Source: Lama glama (lineage: Eukaryota). From it: a DNA stretch of 64,000 nucleotides. Every line of letters begins with the position of its first letter. The stretch's first letter is position 1. Location: the NCBI GenBank assembly GCA_028534125.1, contig CM052817.1, positions 9,178,001-9,242,000 on the forward strand, in the 5' to 3' direction. This document shows positions 39,201 through 53,169 of the stretch, piece by piece. A program made the position numbers and the translations under genes. The notes beneath the pieces were generated by a model. That model made no database searches. It saw only the letters and a list, made by a program, of their open reading frames with translations, and was not told the origin of the DNA.

Positions 39201-42010
39201 CTTTCTTTTGACAAATGTTTGAATGTTTTTTATATCCTTTTACTTTCAACCTACCTATATCTTTATATTTGAAGTAAGTTTCTTGTAGACAGTATGTAGG
39301 TGAGGCATGCTTTTTAATCCACTCTGCCAATCTATGTCTCTTGTGTATTTAGACTACTTACATGCAATGTAATTATTGATACATTAGGACCTAAGTTTGC
39401 CATTTCATTCTGTGTCTTCTGTTTGTTCTCTCTGGTTTTTGTTTATTTGTTTTCCTTTTCCTATTTTTCTGTGTGACACTGCAAGTTTTTAGAATTCAAT
39501 TCTGATTTGTCTATAGTGTCTCTGAGCATATTTTTTGTTCAGATTTTTAGTGACTGTTCCACATGATATATACATAATTTATCATAATCTATTGGTGTTA
39601 CCACGTTACCAGTTAGCATGAAGTATAGAAACTTCACTCTCTTTATGTCAATCTACCCTTCTACATTTCTAATACAATTGTCTTTTAAGTGTTTCCTCTA
39701 CATGCCGTCAGAACAATATCAGACAATGTTGTAATTTGGGTGTCAACTATCAAACATAAGTTTAGAAACTCAAAGGACAAAGGAAAGTCTATTATAGTTA
39801 CCGTATTTTTGTTTAGCTGCTTCTTTCTTCTTTCTCTATGTTCCAAGCTTCTCTTTCATTTAGAGAACTTCCTTTAACCATTATTTTAGGGTAATTCTCC
39901 TAGTGACAAATTCCCTTAGTTTATCTTAGAAAGTTTGGATATTTATTCTTGAAGGATATTTTTAAAGATCTAGAATTCTGGGTTAATAGTTCTTTTCTTT
40001 CAGTATTTGAAAAATATTGTGCCATTTCCTTCCATTCTGTGATTTTGGATGAGAAATCTGTTGTCATTTGAATGTGTTTTTTTTCCTGTACAGGTAAGGT
40101 TTTGTTTCCCTCTCACAGCTTTCAGAATTTTTCTTCCTCTTTAATTTTTAGATGTATAATATGTCTTGGCATGGGTTTCTTGAGTTTGTCCTGTTTGGAA
40201 TTCGCTCAGCTTCTCTGAACCTATAGGCTTACGTCCTTTGCCAAATTTGGGAAGTTTTTAGTCACTCTTTCTTTAAACACTTTTTAGTCATAATCCCTTT
40301 TCCTCTCCTCCTAGTATTCTAGTGACACAAATGTTAGGTGTCTTGTTATAGTAATGTGGGTTCCTGAGTCTCTGGTCATTTTCACTCTGTCTAGTCTGCT
40401 TTCTCACTATTGTTAAGATTAGGTAATTTCTATTGTTATTTCTTTCAGTTTACTGCTTCTTTCCTCTGGCCCCTCCATTCAGCTGTTAGCCTATCCACTG
40501 AGGTTTTGTTTTTTTTTTTCATTTTGGTTATTGTAATTTGAAATTCTAAAATCTAGGTTTCTTTAGAGCTTCTATTTCTTTTCTGAGATTTTTTTTTCCA
40601 TTTGTTTCAAGCATGTCTGTAATTGCTCATTGAAACACTTTTATGATGGCTGCTTTAAAATTTTGTCAGCTGAATGGAAGGGGCAGAAAATAGAATCAGT
40701 GAACTGGAGGAAGGAACAATAAAAAAAAAGTTACCAATCTGAACAACAGAGAGAATAAACTAAAAAGAGAGAGACAGACAGACACCCATGGATCTGTATA
40801 ACTATGATAAAAGTTCTAACATTTGTGTCACCAGAATATGGAAAGAAGAAGACAAAGAGGGCAAAGCTGAAATAAAAAATAATAATAATGACTGAAGACC
40901 TCCCAAACCCTAACAACTGTCATCTCCATGTTAGCATTGATTGTATTTATTCTCCCATGTTGAGATTTTCCTGGTTCTTGGTATGATGAATCATTTTCAG
41001 CTGGAACTTGGATATTTTTGGTGCTTTGTTAAGTTATTTCAACTTTGTTTTAGCTGGCTTTCATGATATTGCTGTGGAAGAGGAAGAGAGGATATTGCCC
41101 CAATATTGCCAGGCAGAGGTAGAAGCCCGAGTTCTCACCTGATCTCTCCTGACACCTGAGATGGGCAGGGGACTCCACAGTACTGCTGGGAGGAAATGAG
41201 AGGAATGAGGCCTCCCCAGCACCACTCTGGTTGGGAGTAGTAAGTGTGCCTCAATACGGCTGGGCATATGTCCACCTGTCACCATAGGGGTTGTATGGCC
41301 CTATGACCACCGGACACTTGTGATGAGTGTAAAACCCACTGGGAAAGTCTTGACTCATCCCCAAGTCTCCTGTGACGTCAGCCCACTGGGGAAGGAGAGG
41401 GTAACCTCATTACTGCACGGTGTGGGTGAAAGTCCAGGTTTCACACGTGATCCCTCTGACGCTGTGGCTGGGGTGAGGGGCTTCATGACTACTCAGCAGG
41501 AATACAAGTCCTGGCTCCCTACTCAGCCTTCTCTGACACCACTCCGTGGGTGGAGGGTACCTTACTGCAGCCTCGTGAGGCCTACAGGTTACCCTCTAGG
41601 CCTTTGCCAGCGTAGGTGGAGGTGGGGCCACAATTCTTTCTGTGGCGTTTGGCTGGAGTTGAGTCGTTATTGTCTAAAAGCTTTCTGTGATGTGAAACTG
41701 CACCCCTTTTCGTGGTCCTTTAGCTACAGAGAGCAAGTTTTTGTTGGGGCTTTTTCTTTTTTTTCAGTCTGCACCTGTGGCATTCTCAGGTTCTAGCATC
41801 TCTGGCTCTAATTTTGGGATAGAAAGGCAAAAAGAACACACAACAATCTCACAGCCTTAGTGTTCCTTTGGTTCCTAGGTCCCAAGACAGTTTGTCGTCT
41901 TCTCTCTACCTTTCAGATGTTCTGTTTGCTTTATATAAATGTCCAGGCTTATTAGTAGTACTTAGTGGGAGAAATAGGAAATATCATTTATTCTACCTTC
42001 ACGGAAGCAT
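36275..42010 (-). mobile_element. Large, old, internally deleted L1 (L1MC/MD-like): 3' end, ORF2, ORF1 and 5' UTR
   Basis: Long T-rich antisense L1 tract (GGACATCTGGGTTGTTTCCAG, TTTAATTTGCATTTCCCTAATG, CAGATGCTTTTTCTGCAT, TTTGCCAAATTTGGGAAG) ending in a more GC-rich 5' UTR-like part at ~41-42 kb; many stops and frameshifts. Confidence 0.88.
36532..36706. repeat. Tandem duplication, 2 x 87 bp (period 88, one mismatch)
   Basis: 36532-36618 and 36620-36706 are identical except CTTCAT/CTTAAT. Confidence 0.95.
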
Positions 42011-44178
42011 TTCTGAATATTCATTTTTAATAACATTTTATTATAAAAACAATTTTGAGTGACATTAAATGAAATGTTAAAGCTAGGAAAAACACTTCTA
42101 TAATGTTTACTAATATTATATGCAAGACACATAATATTTTACATATAAGATTACAGTTTTCAGGTAGTATTTATTTGTCATGTCTGTAGCAAAGGCATGT
42201 ACATGTCTAGCTAATGACCCAAGCTAAAGGCTGGTCTTGGTAGGTAGATAGATAACTGTCTATGGGGATGTGGTTTGATTGTGTTAAGTAAGCCAGAACT
42301 CCTCAAATAAATCCTCTCTCTGGCTAGTGCATAGCATTACCAGGCTTAAACTTTATCCCTAAGCTTATGTCTGTAATACCTGTTGAAATATAAACATCCA
42401 TGGAGAATATATGGTACTATTCTTAACCCCAAGAGGGCTGTATGCTGTGAGCACTCACCAGCAGAAAGGAGCAAACAGATGCTTAATAGAAACAGATATG
42501 AAGACAGGCCATCACCACCCCCAAATATGTTTTTGAGATACACACATATCTACATCTCTGACAAACAACCAAATGAACAAATAAAATGCCCAACTTAAAT
42601 GGAACTTTGTATGATAACTAATATATTTATTGACAACTGCTTGATGTGCCGACAAGGTCAGAAGGTCACAAGAGATCTGGGTTCCTCTGTTCTCCTTCAG
42701 CCATTCAGGAACTAAGCTCCAGAAGTATTTATTCAGCACTTAGTATGTGACAGGCACCACATTATATACTAGGGATAAGAACTTACAAATCACTTCACTA
42801 TGCTTTCTCTTATCTGATGGCTCTTATACCAAAAAGACATTTCTAGGAAATTGGCTTTCTTTATCAAAAATCTGTATTGTATTTTAGAAACTGCTTTCCC
42901 TTATCTCCACCCATAGTTCTTAATATAACATAGACACATAAGCTGTTATTGTTCATACTTAACAAATGAGGGCAGCCAGCTCTGCCCCTCCCCCACTAGA
43001 TAGCAAACTTCATGAGGACGGGGACATGCCTATCAAAACCAATAGCAGAGTGCTGTGTAGTTATCAGACATCCGAAAGAGATTTGCTAAACAAATGGATA
43101 AATGAATGCAATACTGTGAAAGTATATTTAATTATCAGTATTATAAAATATTTAACTTTACGCAGACCAAATTGATGCAGTATTTTGGCAATATAGTAAG
43201 TCTATATATATCTTTTAGACTTAAAATATATGATCATCAATCAGTCTGAATCATTTCGTTTTTAACACATTACTCTATTATTCATTTTACCTTTGAAATC
43301 CTCATCAGCTTCCTACTACCTGCCTTTATCCTTTCCTGGGAACTAATTGTTCATTCATGCATGCAATTAACATTTCCTGAGCACTTACTGTCTACCACGA
43401 ACCAGGCTGCAAAGATTCATAAGACTATCTCTCTGCCCCTAAAGGATTTATACCCTACAAGGAAGAACCGATGTGTAAACAATTTATAATTAATGGAGGT
43501 GTTATGATAGAAGTACGAAAAAGCGCTAAGTTATAAGAGTGATACAACCTGCCTGGGGAGTTTGCTTATGAGAGCGCACATGTGGGAAAGTGACTTTTCT
43601 CTTTGTAAACTAAATTGACTTAGTGGCAATAAATATAGTTTCCATTTGTATAGCACTCCTTTGCAAAGTGCTTTCACATTCATTTCTTCTTTTAATTCTC
43701 ACAGTGAAGGCTCTATAGTTTGGTAGGGATTTTTCAGTATATTCATCAAAAAAAAGGTAGCTATGAACCAACAGATAAATAATATAGGAATTCATTCTAA
43801 AGCCCATAGGTAGATAGATGATATAAGCCATAACTGAAATATGGCTTTGTTGGAGTTTCACAGAAATCATTTCAAGAAAAGCTGATAGCAAAGTCCTGTT
43901 CCTTCCTCTTTATCCTCAGCGCCATTGCCTTTAAGTATCCATCATTCTGTCTGATAAGATAATGGTGGACACAGAAACTGTGGCTTTTTTGTTGTTGTTT
44001 ATATATAGACTTACCTAATAGTAATAGTAAAATCTTGGCAACACAAATTTGGCCCCTGATTTTTTTTTTCTTAATTCATCACTGCATAAAATTCAGTCTG
44101 GGAACCACTAGACTAGCATTTTCTTTTGAGATCTTAGGAAGAGATCACTTTGTTTTTACTACATATCAAAGATTCATG

Positions 44179-44359
44179 GCCTCTCTTGCTCTCTTGCTTT
44201 CCAAGATGGCCCACCCTCTGTCTATGGAGTGTGTATCTACTTTTACTTTAAACTGAGCAGTCAGCTTCATACCTCTCAGTCTTTTCCTTGCCTTAGACGG
44301 CCTGCACTCTGCCTATGGAGTGTACACCTCTCTAAATAAATCTACTTTTACTCAAAAAA
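44179..44359 (+). mobile_element. Retroposed polyadenylated fragment resembling an ERV LTR U3/R end
   Basis: AATAAA 44335-44340, A-run from 44354, TSD AAAGATTCATG at 44168-44178 and 44360-44370; internal repeats CTCTGYCTATGGAGTGT and ATCTACTTTTACT. Confidence 0.7.
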
Positions 44360-44479
44360 AAAGATTCATGACATTTATATTCATTTAACGTAGCAGTAAA
44401 ATATATCATTTTGTAAGCATATTCCGTGCTATATGCTAAGGAACCAGTCAGATAAATCAAAACTAGGCAGATATGAGTC

Positions 44480-45320
44480 TATCATGGATTTTACATTAAA
44501 TGAACTAAACAGACAATAAAATAAATGAATAAATTGAAACTTATAGGTTGGTGACAAGTGCTAATAAGGAAATAAAGAATGGTGTGGGAAGGGAGGTACC
44601 TTGGAGAGGGTGGTCCACAAAGGTCTCTACGAAGAAATTACATTTTAGATGAGACTTGAAAGATGAGGAGCCAGCCATGCAGTTGGAAGAAGAGCCTGCT
44701 GGGCCAAAGAAGAATTTTGGAGTGGTTGAAGAACTGAGAGACCAGCATGCATGCAAACAATGAGAGAGGGGGAGAGTAACAGAAACTGACAGTAGATCAT
44801 GCAGGACCTGATGGGCCAAGGCAAGGAAACCGTTGAAAGATTTTAAGCAAGTGTGTGGTGAACCTGAATGCAACAGTGGCTTCAGAGTGCAAGGTGGAGA
44901 AAGAATTATGTGAGAGCAGGAAAGAAGCAAGGAGACCAGTTACAATGCTACTGTAATGGTCCATTTGAGAAATACACTGCCAATACTGGTGGCAGTGGCA
45001 GTGTGGCAAGTGGGTGGACTTGAGATATACTTTGAAAACCATCAAGGCCATTTTGTAAAACAGTAAAAAGAATCAAGGATGATTCCTAGGTTTCTGGCCT
45101 GAAGCAACAGGATAGATGATGGAACTAAGATAGAAGAGATGAATGGAAGAAAAAAAACAGAGCAAAGTTGAGTTTGTTTGGAAATTTTATGTTTGAGATG
45201 TCTATGAAACATTCAAGTGGAGCTATTAAGTAGGCAGTTGGATAAACAAGTTCATCCTTCAGAAGGAGGTCCTGTACTAGTTATGTAAGTGTGGGAGTTT
45301 TTAATATACAGATGGGTGGA
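44480..45320 (-). mobile_element. L2 fragment
   Basis: TGAGACTTGAAAGATGAG, GATTTTAAGCA, GAATCAAGGATGATTCCTAGGTTT, TTTGAGATGTCT, TAGGCAGTTGGATA. Confidence 0.8.
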
Positions 45321-46097
45321 GATAAATTAATGCATTAAATGTACTGCTGAAATAATGTACGGAAAGTAGCAGAAACGTCACTTGGCATGTAGCAAATGTG
45401 TTCAAAATACATTAACTATAGGATGCTGCTTATGGTTAGAAAATTCTTCACACAGTGTAATCCAAATCTTTTCTACTAAGGATAAACTGCTTTTTTATCA
45501 TTTTCTTCTCAGTAGTAATAGAGAACATTCAGTAGCCTTAATAAAGTATTTATGTATTTGGAGACTTACTTAGAATCTTTGACGTATTTATAGGTAGAAA
45601 TACAAAAGAAAATACAAAAGAGAAATGTCTACTAATATAACAAATACATGACATATATAACAATATATTATATAATATAAGGTCTATTGTATACAACAGG
45701 GAAAAGTATATAACTGTACATAATTTGGTTTAAAAATATTTTTAAGAAATTGAATGGAAACATCGTTCAATTATTCATATTTTCATAGTCCTAGTACCTA
45801 TATATATATATTAAAAAATACATTCCAGAATGATGATCAATTAATTTATGACACAGCAGATTAATTACTTTTATGCTGTGGGAAGTATGTGGTTATGGTT
45901 AAGAAAACGTGGTTTCACTTCATACACCCTGTCTCTGCTATTTACTAGCTGTGTGATCTTGGGCAAATTGTATTACCTCTTGGTTCCTCAATTTCCAATT
46001 ATAATACCTATCTAGGCAGGTTGTCAAGTGAAATGGCAATAATGTGTAAAATACATAGCACAGTGCCTAAAGTAATCAATAAATGATCCATCTATAT

Positions 46098-46275
46098 CAG
46101 TGGTTCTCAGCCTCGGATGAATATTAGAATCACTTGGGGAGTTTTAAAAATACTATGTCCAGGCTTCACCCAAGACAATAAAATCAGAATCTCTGAAAGT
46201 AGGGCTCAGGCCAACGATTTTTTTTTTAAAGCTCCCCGGGTGATTCTAATGTGTAGCCAGGGTTGAGAACTACCA
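46098..46275. mobile_element. MER5-like hAT-Charlie MITE
   Basis: CAGTGGTTCTCA...TTAGAATCACTTGGGGAG...AAGCTCCCCGGGTGATTCTAATGTG...TTGAGAACTAC, with long internal inverted symmetry. Confidence 0.85.
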
Positions 46276-46477
46276 ACCTGAAATCAATAGCATATACAGT
46301 ATATGAGGATACAATTTTTGTATTGAAATATGGTTGTGCAATATAGTGTGATGCCAGTTAATCAAGTGGCCCAAAGAATTTCAAAACCTGTCTGGTTTTT
46401 TAGTTTGGGAAAAAAAAAAAAAGAGTAAATTGAAAGGAGTAGTTAAATGGCAATGAAAAACAAAGACGCGGTCTAGC

Positions 46478-46695
46478 ATCTGTGGAGCGAGATTGTCTGC
46501 ACTCCGTTCCCAACTCCGCCACTTAGTAGCTTTGCAACTTCAGGCAAACTATTCAACTCCTGTTTCCTCACTTGTCAAATAGGGATAAATGCAGCGCCTG
46601 CCCCTCATTGTGTTGCTAGATCACTGGATGATGTAATACTTGTAAAATGCTTAGAACAATGCCTGGCATATAGTAAGCACTAAGTATTTGTTTAA
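46478..46695 (+). mobile_element. MIR
   Basis: CCGCCACTTAGTAGCT, TTTCCTCAC, GTAAAATGCTTAGAACAATGCCTGGCATATAGTAAGCAC. Confidence 0.8.
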
Positions 46696-47934
46696 AAAAA
46701 AATCCTTGGATGAAAATATTTGGGATGATATAATGCTAACTATTAATACTGAATCTTGGTAACATACTTTTGCATTAAATTAGAACTGTAAACGGGTGCT
46801 ATACAAAAGTTCTGAGGTAACTGCTAAAAAATTCTTTATATCTCATATCAAAGATCAGACTGATCCTCAGTTCATACCAGCTATTGTTAATATTGCCAGG
46901 ACACACATGAAACACCATGGAATATGTTAATAGTGTATCCACTATCCCTGAAGCCATGAAGCTCAAATATTATCAGATGAACTGCAGAGAATTTCTTAAA
47001 CAAGATTGCCATGTACAGGTGCTATGTTGGGTTAGGTCCTGGAGGTGGATTTTCAGTGATTTTCCTCTTTATCATGCCTAGTCTGGACCTTGCCGCCTTC
47101 TCTAGCCTTGTTCTAATGGCCTCATCTCACATCCCTGCCCGGTCCGGGCATGCTTCCCTCCACCTCCTCCAAGTCCTACTGCTTCCTCCTCCAATCTTTT
47201 GCTATTCTTGCTGCTGATCCCTCTTCCTGGAATATTCTTCTCATTTTACTCTCACCGTCCCACCCCGAACCTACACAACTTTTCAGACTCAGTTCAAGTA
47301 CTAACCTCTTCTCTGTAAGCCTTTCCTAGTGCCCCAGATTGAGGCAAGCATTCCCACTTTCGTAGCTGCTTATACCATGAGCAGATGGCCATTTTTAAAG
47401 CCATGTTTGAATCTTCCTTATAAAGGTCAAGAACACTGGTCTTACTTATTTACATGCATATTTATTTAATCATCAACACCTGGCACAGAATCTGGCTACT
47501 TTAACTTCATTGACTTAGAGAATGGAAGGAAGGGAGAGAGAAAAAAAGGAAGGAATGGTACCCCCTTGTGTGGTGTTGACTGCGAGAGGGGTGTCATCGG
47601 TGGGCATGGATGAAGCAATGGGAATCTATGGCTGCTGGTTTCAGTAAGAGCAACAGGAAAATCATCCAAGCACAAATCCATGGGTCTGTCACGTCTCTGC
47701 TGCATAGAGAGACATCGCTCCAATTCAGTGAGACTCTAAGCTCTGAGATAAGAGGGACAAGTAACCCTCAAAGCTACACAAGAGAGAACTAACTCATTTA
47801 CAAACATTGTTAATTCTCTAGCTCTCCATTTCCCTAAATTTACTCCCATCTTTGGGAGATTATGTAAAGTCCCACCACTTTTTGGAAGTCTTTTCCAGTT
47901 TGGGGAGACAAAGTCATGAGACACAACATTTTTA

Positions 47935-48140
47935 GCACAGTGGATTAAGATCAGGATCCCTGGGATTCTGGTTCTACCATTAACTCTGTGGTTTTAGGCA
48001 AATTACTTAACACTTCTGTGCCTCTGTTCACTTGCCTGTAATATGAAGACAATAATAGTGTTTATCATAGAGCTGTGAAGTGGATTAAATGTTTAGAACA
48101 GCACCTTGCATGTAGAGAGTACTAATTACATGGTAATATC
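47935..48140 (+). mobile_element. MIR
   Basis: AGCACAGTGGATTAAGA, GGCAAATTACTTAACACTTCTGTGCCTC, CTGTAATATG. Confidence 0.75.
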
Positions 48141-50552
48141 TAACATAAAATTGTAATAGTTACTATTATGCACTAGTTAATACTATAGACAATAACTACT
48201 AAATTCCCTTCCTTAAACAGGAAGAATGTAGGCACTTCTGTTTTAATTATCATAACATTGCTTATTCCAGAAGGGACTAAATCTATTGGTCACACTGAGG
48301 ATACACTTTTACCTTCTATATAAAAAAACATGTCTACAACTAACTTACAAAGCACGGGAATCTCACCTACAAATCCTCTGTGGAATTTGCTGCTTCAGAG
48401 TCCATTAGCAATGGTTAAACTTGGCAAGATAACCAATCTTGCACAATGGCAGAGAAATGACAGACCAACCTTGCCTAAGACTCATACAATTCCAACAAGG
48501 CAGTATCTGTCGGAGGGACTGGCACATTTTTTTATCTAAACTGAAATGAGATGAGCACAAGTATAAAGCTTATTATCAATCTTATTTTCAGTTCCTTTGA
48601 AATCTTTCATGAGTCTCTCCTATCTAAGAACACCAGCCATCAAAACAGGGTCTGTGTGTGGTAGGGGATTAGGTCAGACAAATGCTTATAGAAATTCAGT
48701 ATCCATCCTTCTCTTCTCCATTCTCCTGGCAAGAGGGCAAATTTTATCTTCCTTAGTGAATGAACCACAGAGGGCTGTAAAGAGGCTGGTCCCTGACACT
48801 ATGCCTAAGGACAGGTTCCAGGTTATGTCCCCAGCAAGAGTGAATAGATAAGTCAATAGTTTATCTTTCATTTATCCTTACAATCAATACACCAAACATT
48901 TTTTTCATGTGAGTTGTGCCTAAATGCTGAGGATTCGGGATTATTATTAAACGAGGCTATTCACATTCACATTCAAATTAGCGTTCACAAGTTGGACCCA
49001 CAGAAATCTTATATAGTCTTACCAGAATGAAGTTCTTAAGCCCCTCAAAGAAATATGTCCAGCTAGTCAAAAAGACTTTTTGGCTTTTTCCACAGCCCCT
49101 CTCTCCAGCCACCAGCCTCAGCATTCTATTTTCTTGAGCAAAAGGACAGACAAATTGGACTCACAGGGAGCAAGGCTGAGACAGAACACAGGGTTGTATA
49201 ACTTAGAAGATGGTGGTTTTGCTTGGTTTTGCCACTTACTAGCTGTGTGTCCTGTGAATTTGTTTAACTTTAACTTTCATGTACTCAATAGTAAGATTTT
49301 ATTATTAAATCTTATTTAATGATTATGGCCCTCCTTCCATCTCACAAAGTCACTTAGAGGATATCAGAATTGACTATGAAAGAAACTTTAGACTGTAAAA
49401 TACAAGACAGTTGTCACTCTGACTCTATTCATCCAAAGCATGGGAGTTAGACCTGCTGAGTTCAAATCCAAACTCCCATTCACTAATTGTGACCTTGAAC
49501 AAGTTCACGCTTCCTCAGTCATAAACTATGAAATGGAGGGGTATCTGTGTGGCACTTAAAACAACGACTAGAACGTAGAAAACATTCACAAAAGTCAGGA
49601 GATGATTCAGCAAGGGCTTTTTGAAGTGGCCATTCCTGGACTATGTATGAGCTTTGAGGATGCTGAGCAACAGACAAGACCTAGTTCCTGCCTTTGGAAG
49701 TCACACAGACTTGTGAAGGGTGGGCGCCGAGGTAAACAAGTGTTCTGACAGAGACACAATGTGGTAAAGCACAGGGCACAGATCCATTCCTAATGCCCTG
49801 CCCATTCCTTCTACCCTTCCTCTGCTTCCCTGCTCTTCCCAGACAAATTTCCCTAATAATCGCAGTGACTTTCATTGTTCAGCTATCAACCGTGCACCAA
49901 CAGAGCTAAGACCCACAGACCAGAACTCTACCCTCACTGTAGGATTTCCCCATGTAGCTTATTCCCTTCCCCCACTCCTGAACCTACACCTCTTTCAACT
50001 AATTCCTCAACCTAATCAATGACCAAACCATGATAATTCTATAAGAGAAATATTATTCCCCTCTTCTCAACCCCTATACACATCTACCACATTCATCTTC
50101 ACTCTTGCCGGAGCATCCTACGCATCTCTGGGCCTCCAGTCTAAACCTCCCTACCCACCACTTATTCCCCATTCAGCCCCCTGAGTTCTTCTAAAGCTTA
50201 TATCTGTTCACAGCAGTCCATCTGGTAAACTTCCAGTGCCTTCCCATTGCCAACTCAATAGCCTCTTCTTAGGCCTACATGACACTCAGCTCAAATCTCA
50301 GGCTCCTTTCTCTTTTTCGGCACACCTCTCAGACCTCAACAAAAAGAAAACTCCATGTATCTTTCCTGACCACACAGGTGCCTTCTACTCCTCTGCACTT
50401 TTGCTCTTGTTGTCTCAAATGTCCTACCCGCCACCTCCTCATCCACGAACCTTCTTTCTCATCCTTCAGTTTCCAGCTCCAGTGGCACTGAGTGCATATC
50501 GCTTAGGATTTCTCGGGATTTCTTGTTCTTTCACCTAGATTTACACATACCC

Positions 50553-50637
50553 TATAGGTTGAACCGTATGATTTACTATATTTTTTGGTAGGTCAAACAT
50601 GGTCAAATGATAGTCATTTCAAATAATTCAACCTATA
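50553..50637. mobile_element. MADE2-like mariner-derived palindromic MITE
   Basis: Terminal inverted repeat TATAGGTTGAA / TTCAACCTATA with central GTAGGTCAAA..TGGTC. Confidence 0.75.
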
Positions 50638-53090
50638 ACTTAGTATGTTCCTCTTATACCATTTATCCTGCTTTAGTAGACTTCTTTGTTTAAGGGTACT
50701 CCTCATGTAACCTGTCCTCTTCATCTCTGCATGCCTGGGGCCTAGTAGTGATGGACAAGAAGTAGATGTTCAAAAATACTTGTAGAATTCAAGATAATTG
50801 CTATGCATGGATATTAATACTTTGCTGAGTTCCCTTAAATATAGGTCTCAATCTTTCTTTCATTTTTCTGGGGTCTGACAATGGTAAAACTAGTCACCTA
50901 GGGCTGTCTTCTCAAGTCAAGAGTGTAGGCATCCTTTCTTTATTGCCATCAGGACCTCACTCTCTCTACTCACCCATTAACAATTACCTAACCTAGATAG
51001 GGAAATCTTTTCTTTAAGGCAGCAAGCATGTAATTTACAATGTTAACCATTCAGGACCTTCATTCACTCAGTCAAGTATGGGGATGTGATTGGCACTGGG
51101 AAGACAGCAGTAAATAAGGTAACCAGAGATGATGAATTTGAGTGCCCTTTTTCTCTGATCTGGTCTTCAAACATTTTTCCTGGAGAATCATCTGATGATA
51201 TTTTGAACATTTAAACACGATATCTGAAGTTTAAAATGTCTTGTACAATTTGAACTATCTAAAAATTTTTATCACAAATTGAAATTGTTACAAAGGATGT
51301 AATTCTTAACATGCATTTAATATTGTCACTTTAAATATAGTTACTACATCATTTTAAATGTATCTAATGAAATATGAGTATTATAACAATTTAATACCCA
51401 TGATCAGGCATTGCAAAATGTATGAAAAAGTATTTTGTAAAATTTGGAAATTTTAGACCTTTCTTTTCTCTCTTTGAACTCACATTTCCAGTATACTTTC
51501 TCTCTGGATTTTATATGTATATATGAAATCAAAACTGTGGTTCTACATATTTAGGCCAGTTTATGGAAATGTCCACGGCAGGCCAATGAGCCAAATTACA
51601 TTTTTTTTCAGAAAAATTCTGCCTTTATTATTTCAATTCAAATAGATACATTAATAAGCATTATAAGAAATATTATAAAAACTATGAGAAATAAGTTACA
51701 AAATGAATCCTGTAAGACATTATGAAAAGTAGTCAAGATTAAAATAATATAGATCTAATATGAATAATTAACTCATTTTCATAAATTGTAAAAAGAAGAT
51801 AAATCAATATGCTAGTTCTCATTAACTAATTTGTAATAAAGCAATGAAGGTACAGTTTATGAAATAATGATGTTATTATTCCTCTAATAAGATGTATGTC
51901 TCTGTCCAGTCAAAAGGCAAAGAATGATCAAATGAAGCAAACATAATCAAACTGTATGCCATCTACATGAGACATACTGGATTCAAAGACACTAGTAAGT
52001 TGAAAGTAAAAGGATAGAAAGATATATACTGTACAAACAGTATCCAAAAGAGAGCTGGAGTGGCTATCCTAATATGAGGCAAAACAGACTTAAAGACAAC
52101 ATTTCTTACTGGAAACAAAAGAGGACACAATAATAAAATGGTCAGTCCATCAAGAAGACAAAATAAGTATAAGCATAATGTATCCAACAACAGAGCCCCC
52201 CAAAATATGAAGTAAAATATGTAAATGAAAAGGAGAATTTGAAAACTTCAATCCCCCACAATGTGGCAACTAGGCAGAAGATCAACAAGAAAACAGAAAA
52301 CATAAACACTATAAACCAACTAAATGTAACAGACATTTATAGAACATGCCAACAACAACAGGCAGAATATCCATTCTTCTCAAGTGCACATGGGACATTT
52401 TCCAGGATATGTTAGGAGTATATGTTAGGAGACCATAAAACAAATCTTAATACATTTAAAGGCATTTAAACTATACAAAGTATGTTCTCTGGCCATAATG
52501 AAATTCACAGATATGTGAAAACTAAACAGAACTCTCTTAAATAAAAAATGAGTCAATAAAGAAATCACAAATATTTCATAATTTGAGATAAATGAAAACA
52601 AAAACACAACAAACCAAAGCTCTCGAGATGCAGCTGAAATGGCAATTAGAGGGGAACTTATAGTTAAAATGCTTATATTTATAAAAATAATAAAGGTCTC
52701 AAATCAATAAACTGAACTTGTACTTTAAGAAACTAGAAAAAGAATAATAAACTAAAATGAAAGCAAGCAGATGGAAAAAATAATAAAGATTAGAGTGCAA
52801 ATAAGCAAAATAGAGAATAGAAATAATAGTGAACAACAATGAAATCAAAAGATCAACAAAATTAACCTTTAGCTAGGCTGACCAAGTAACTTGAAAGGAC
52901 TCAAATTACTGAAATCAGGAATAAAAGAGGGGACCTCGGTACCACCCTCACCAAAATAAAAAGGATTGTAAGAGAATACTGTGAATAGTCACACACCACC
53001 AAATTAGACAGCCTAGTAGAAATGGACAAATTCTCAGAAAAATACTAGCAATTGAAACTGAAATAAGAAAACATTCAAAAAATCTGAATA

Positions 53091-53169
53091 AATTGTAGAA
53101 TAGATAAACAAGATTACACTGTATAGCACAGGGAAATATACACAAAATGTTATGATAAATCACAGAGAA
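53091..53169 (+). mobile_element. 79-bp internal fragment of the young L1 3' UTR inserted in an old L1 ORF2
   Basis: Identical to ~23270-23348; TSD AAAAAATCTGAATA at 53077-53090 and 53170-53183. Confidence 0.9.

Noticed and set aside
46098..50637. Hairpins at 46098-46275 and 50553-50637 as novel structured RNAs
   Set aside because: The symmetry is the inherent terminal inverted repeat structure of MER5- and MADE2-type MITEs.
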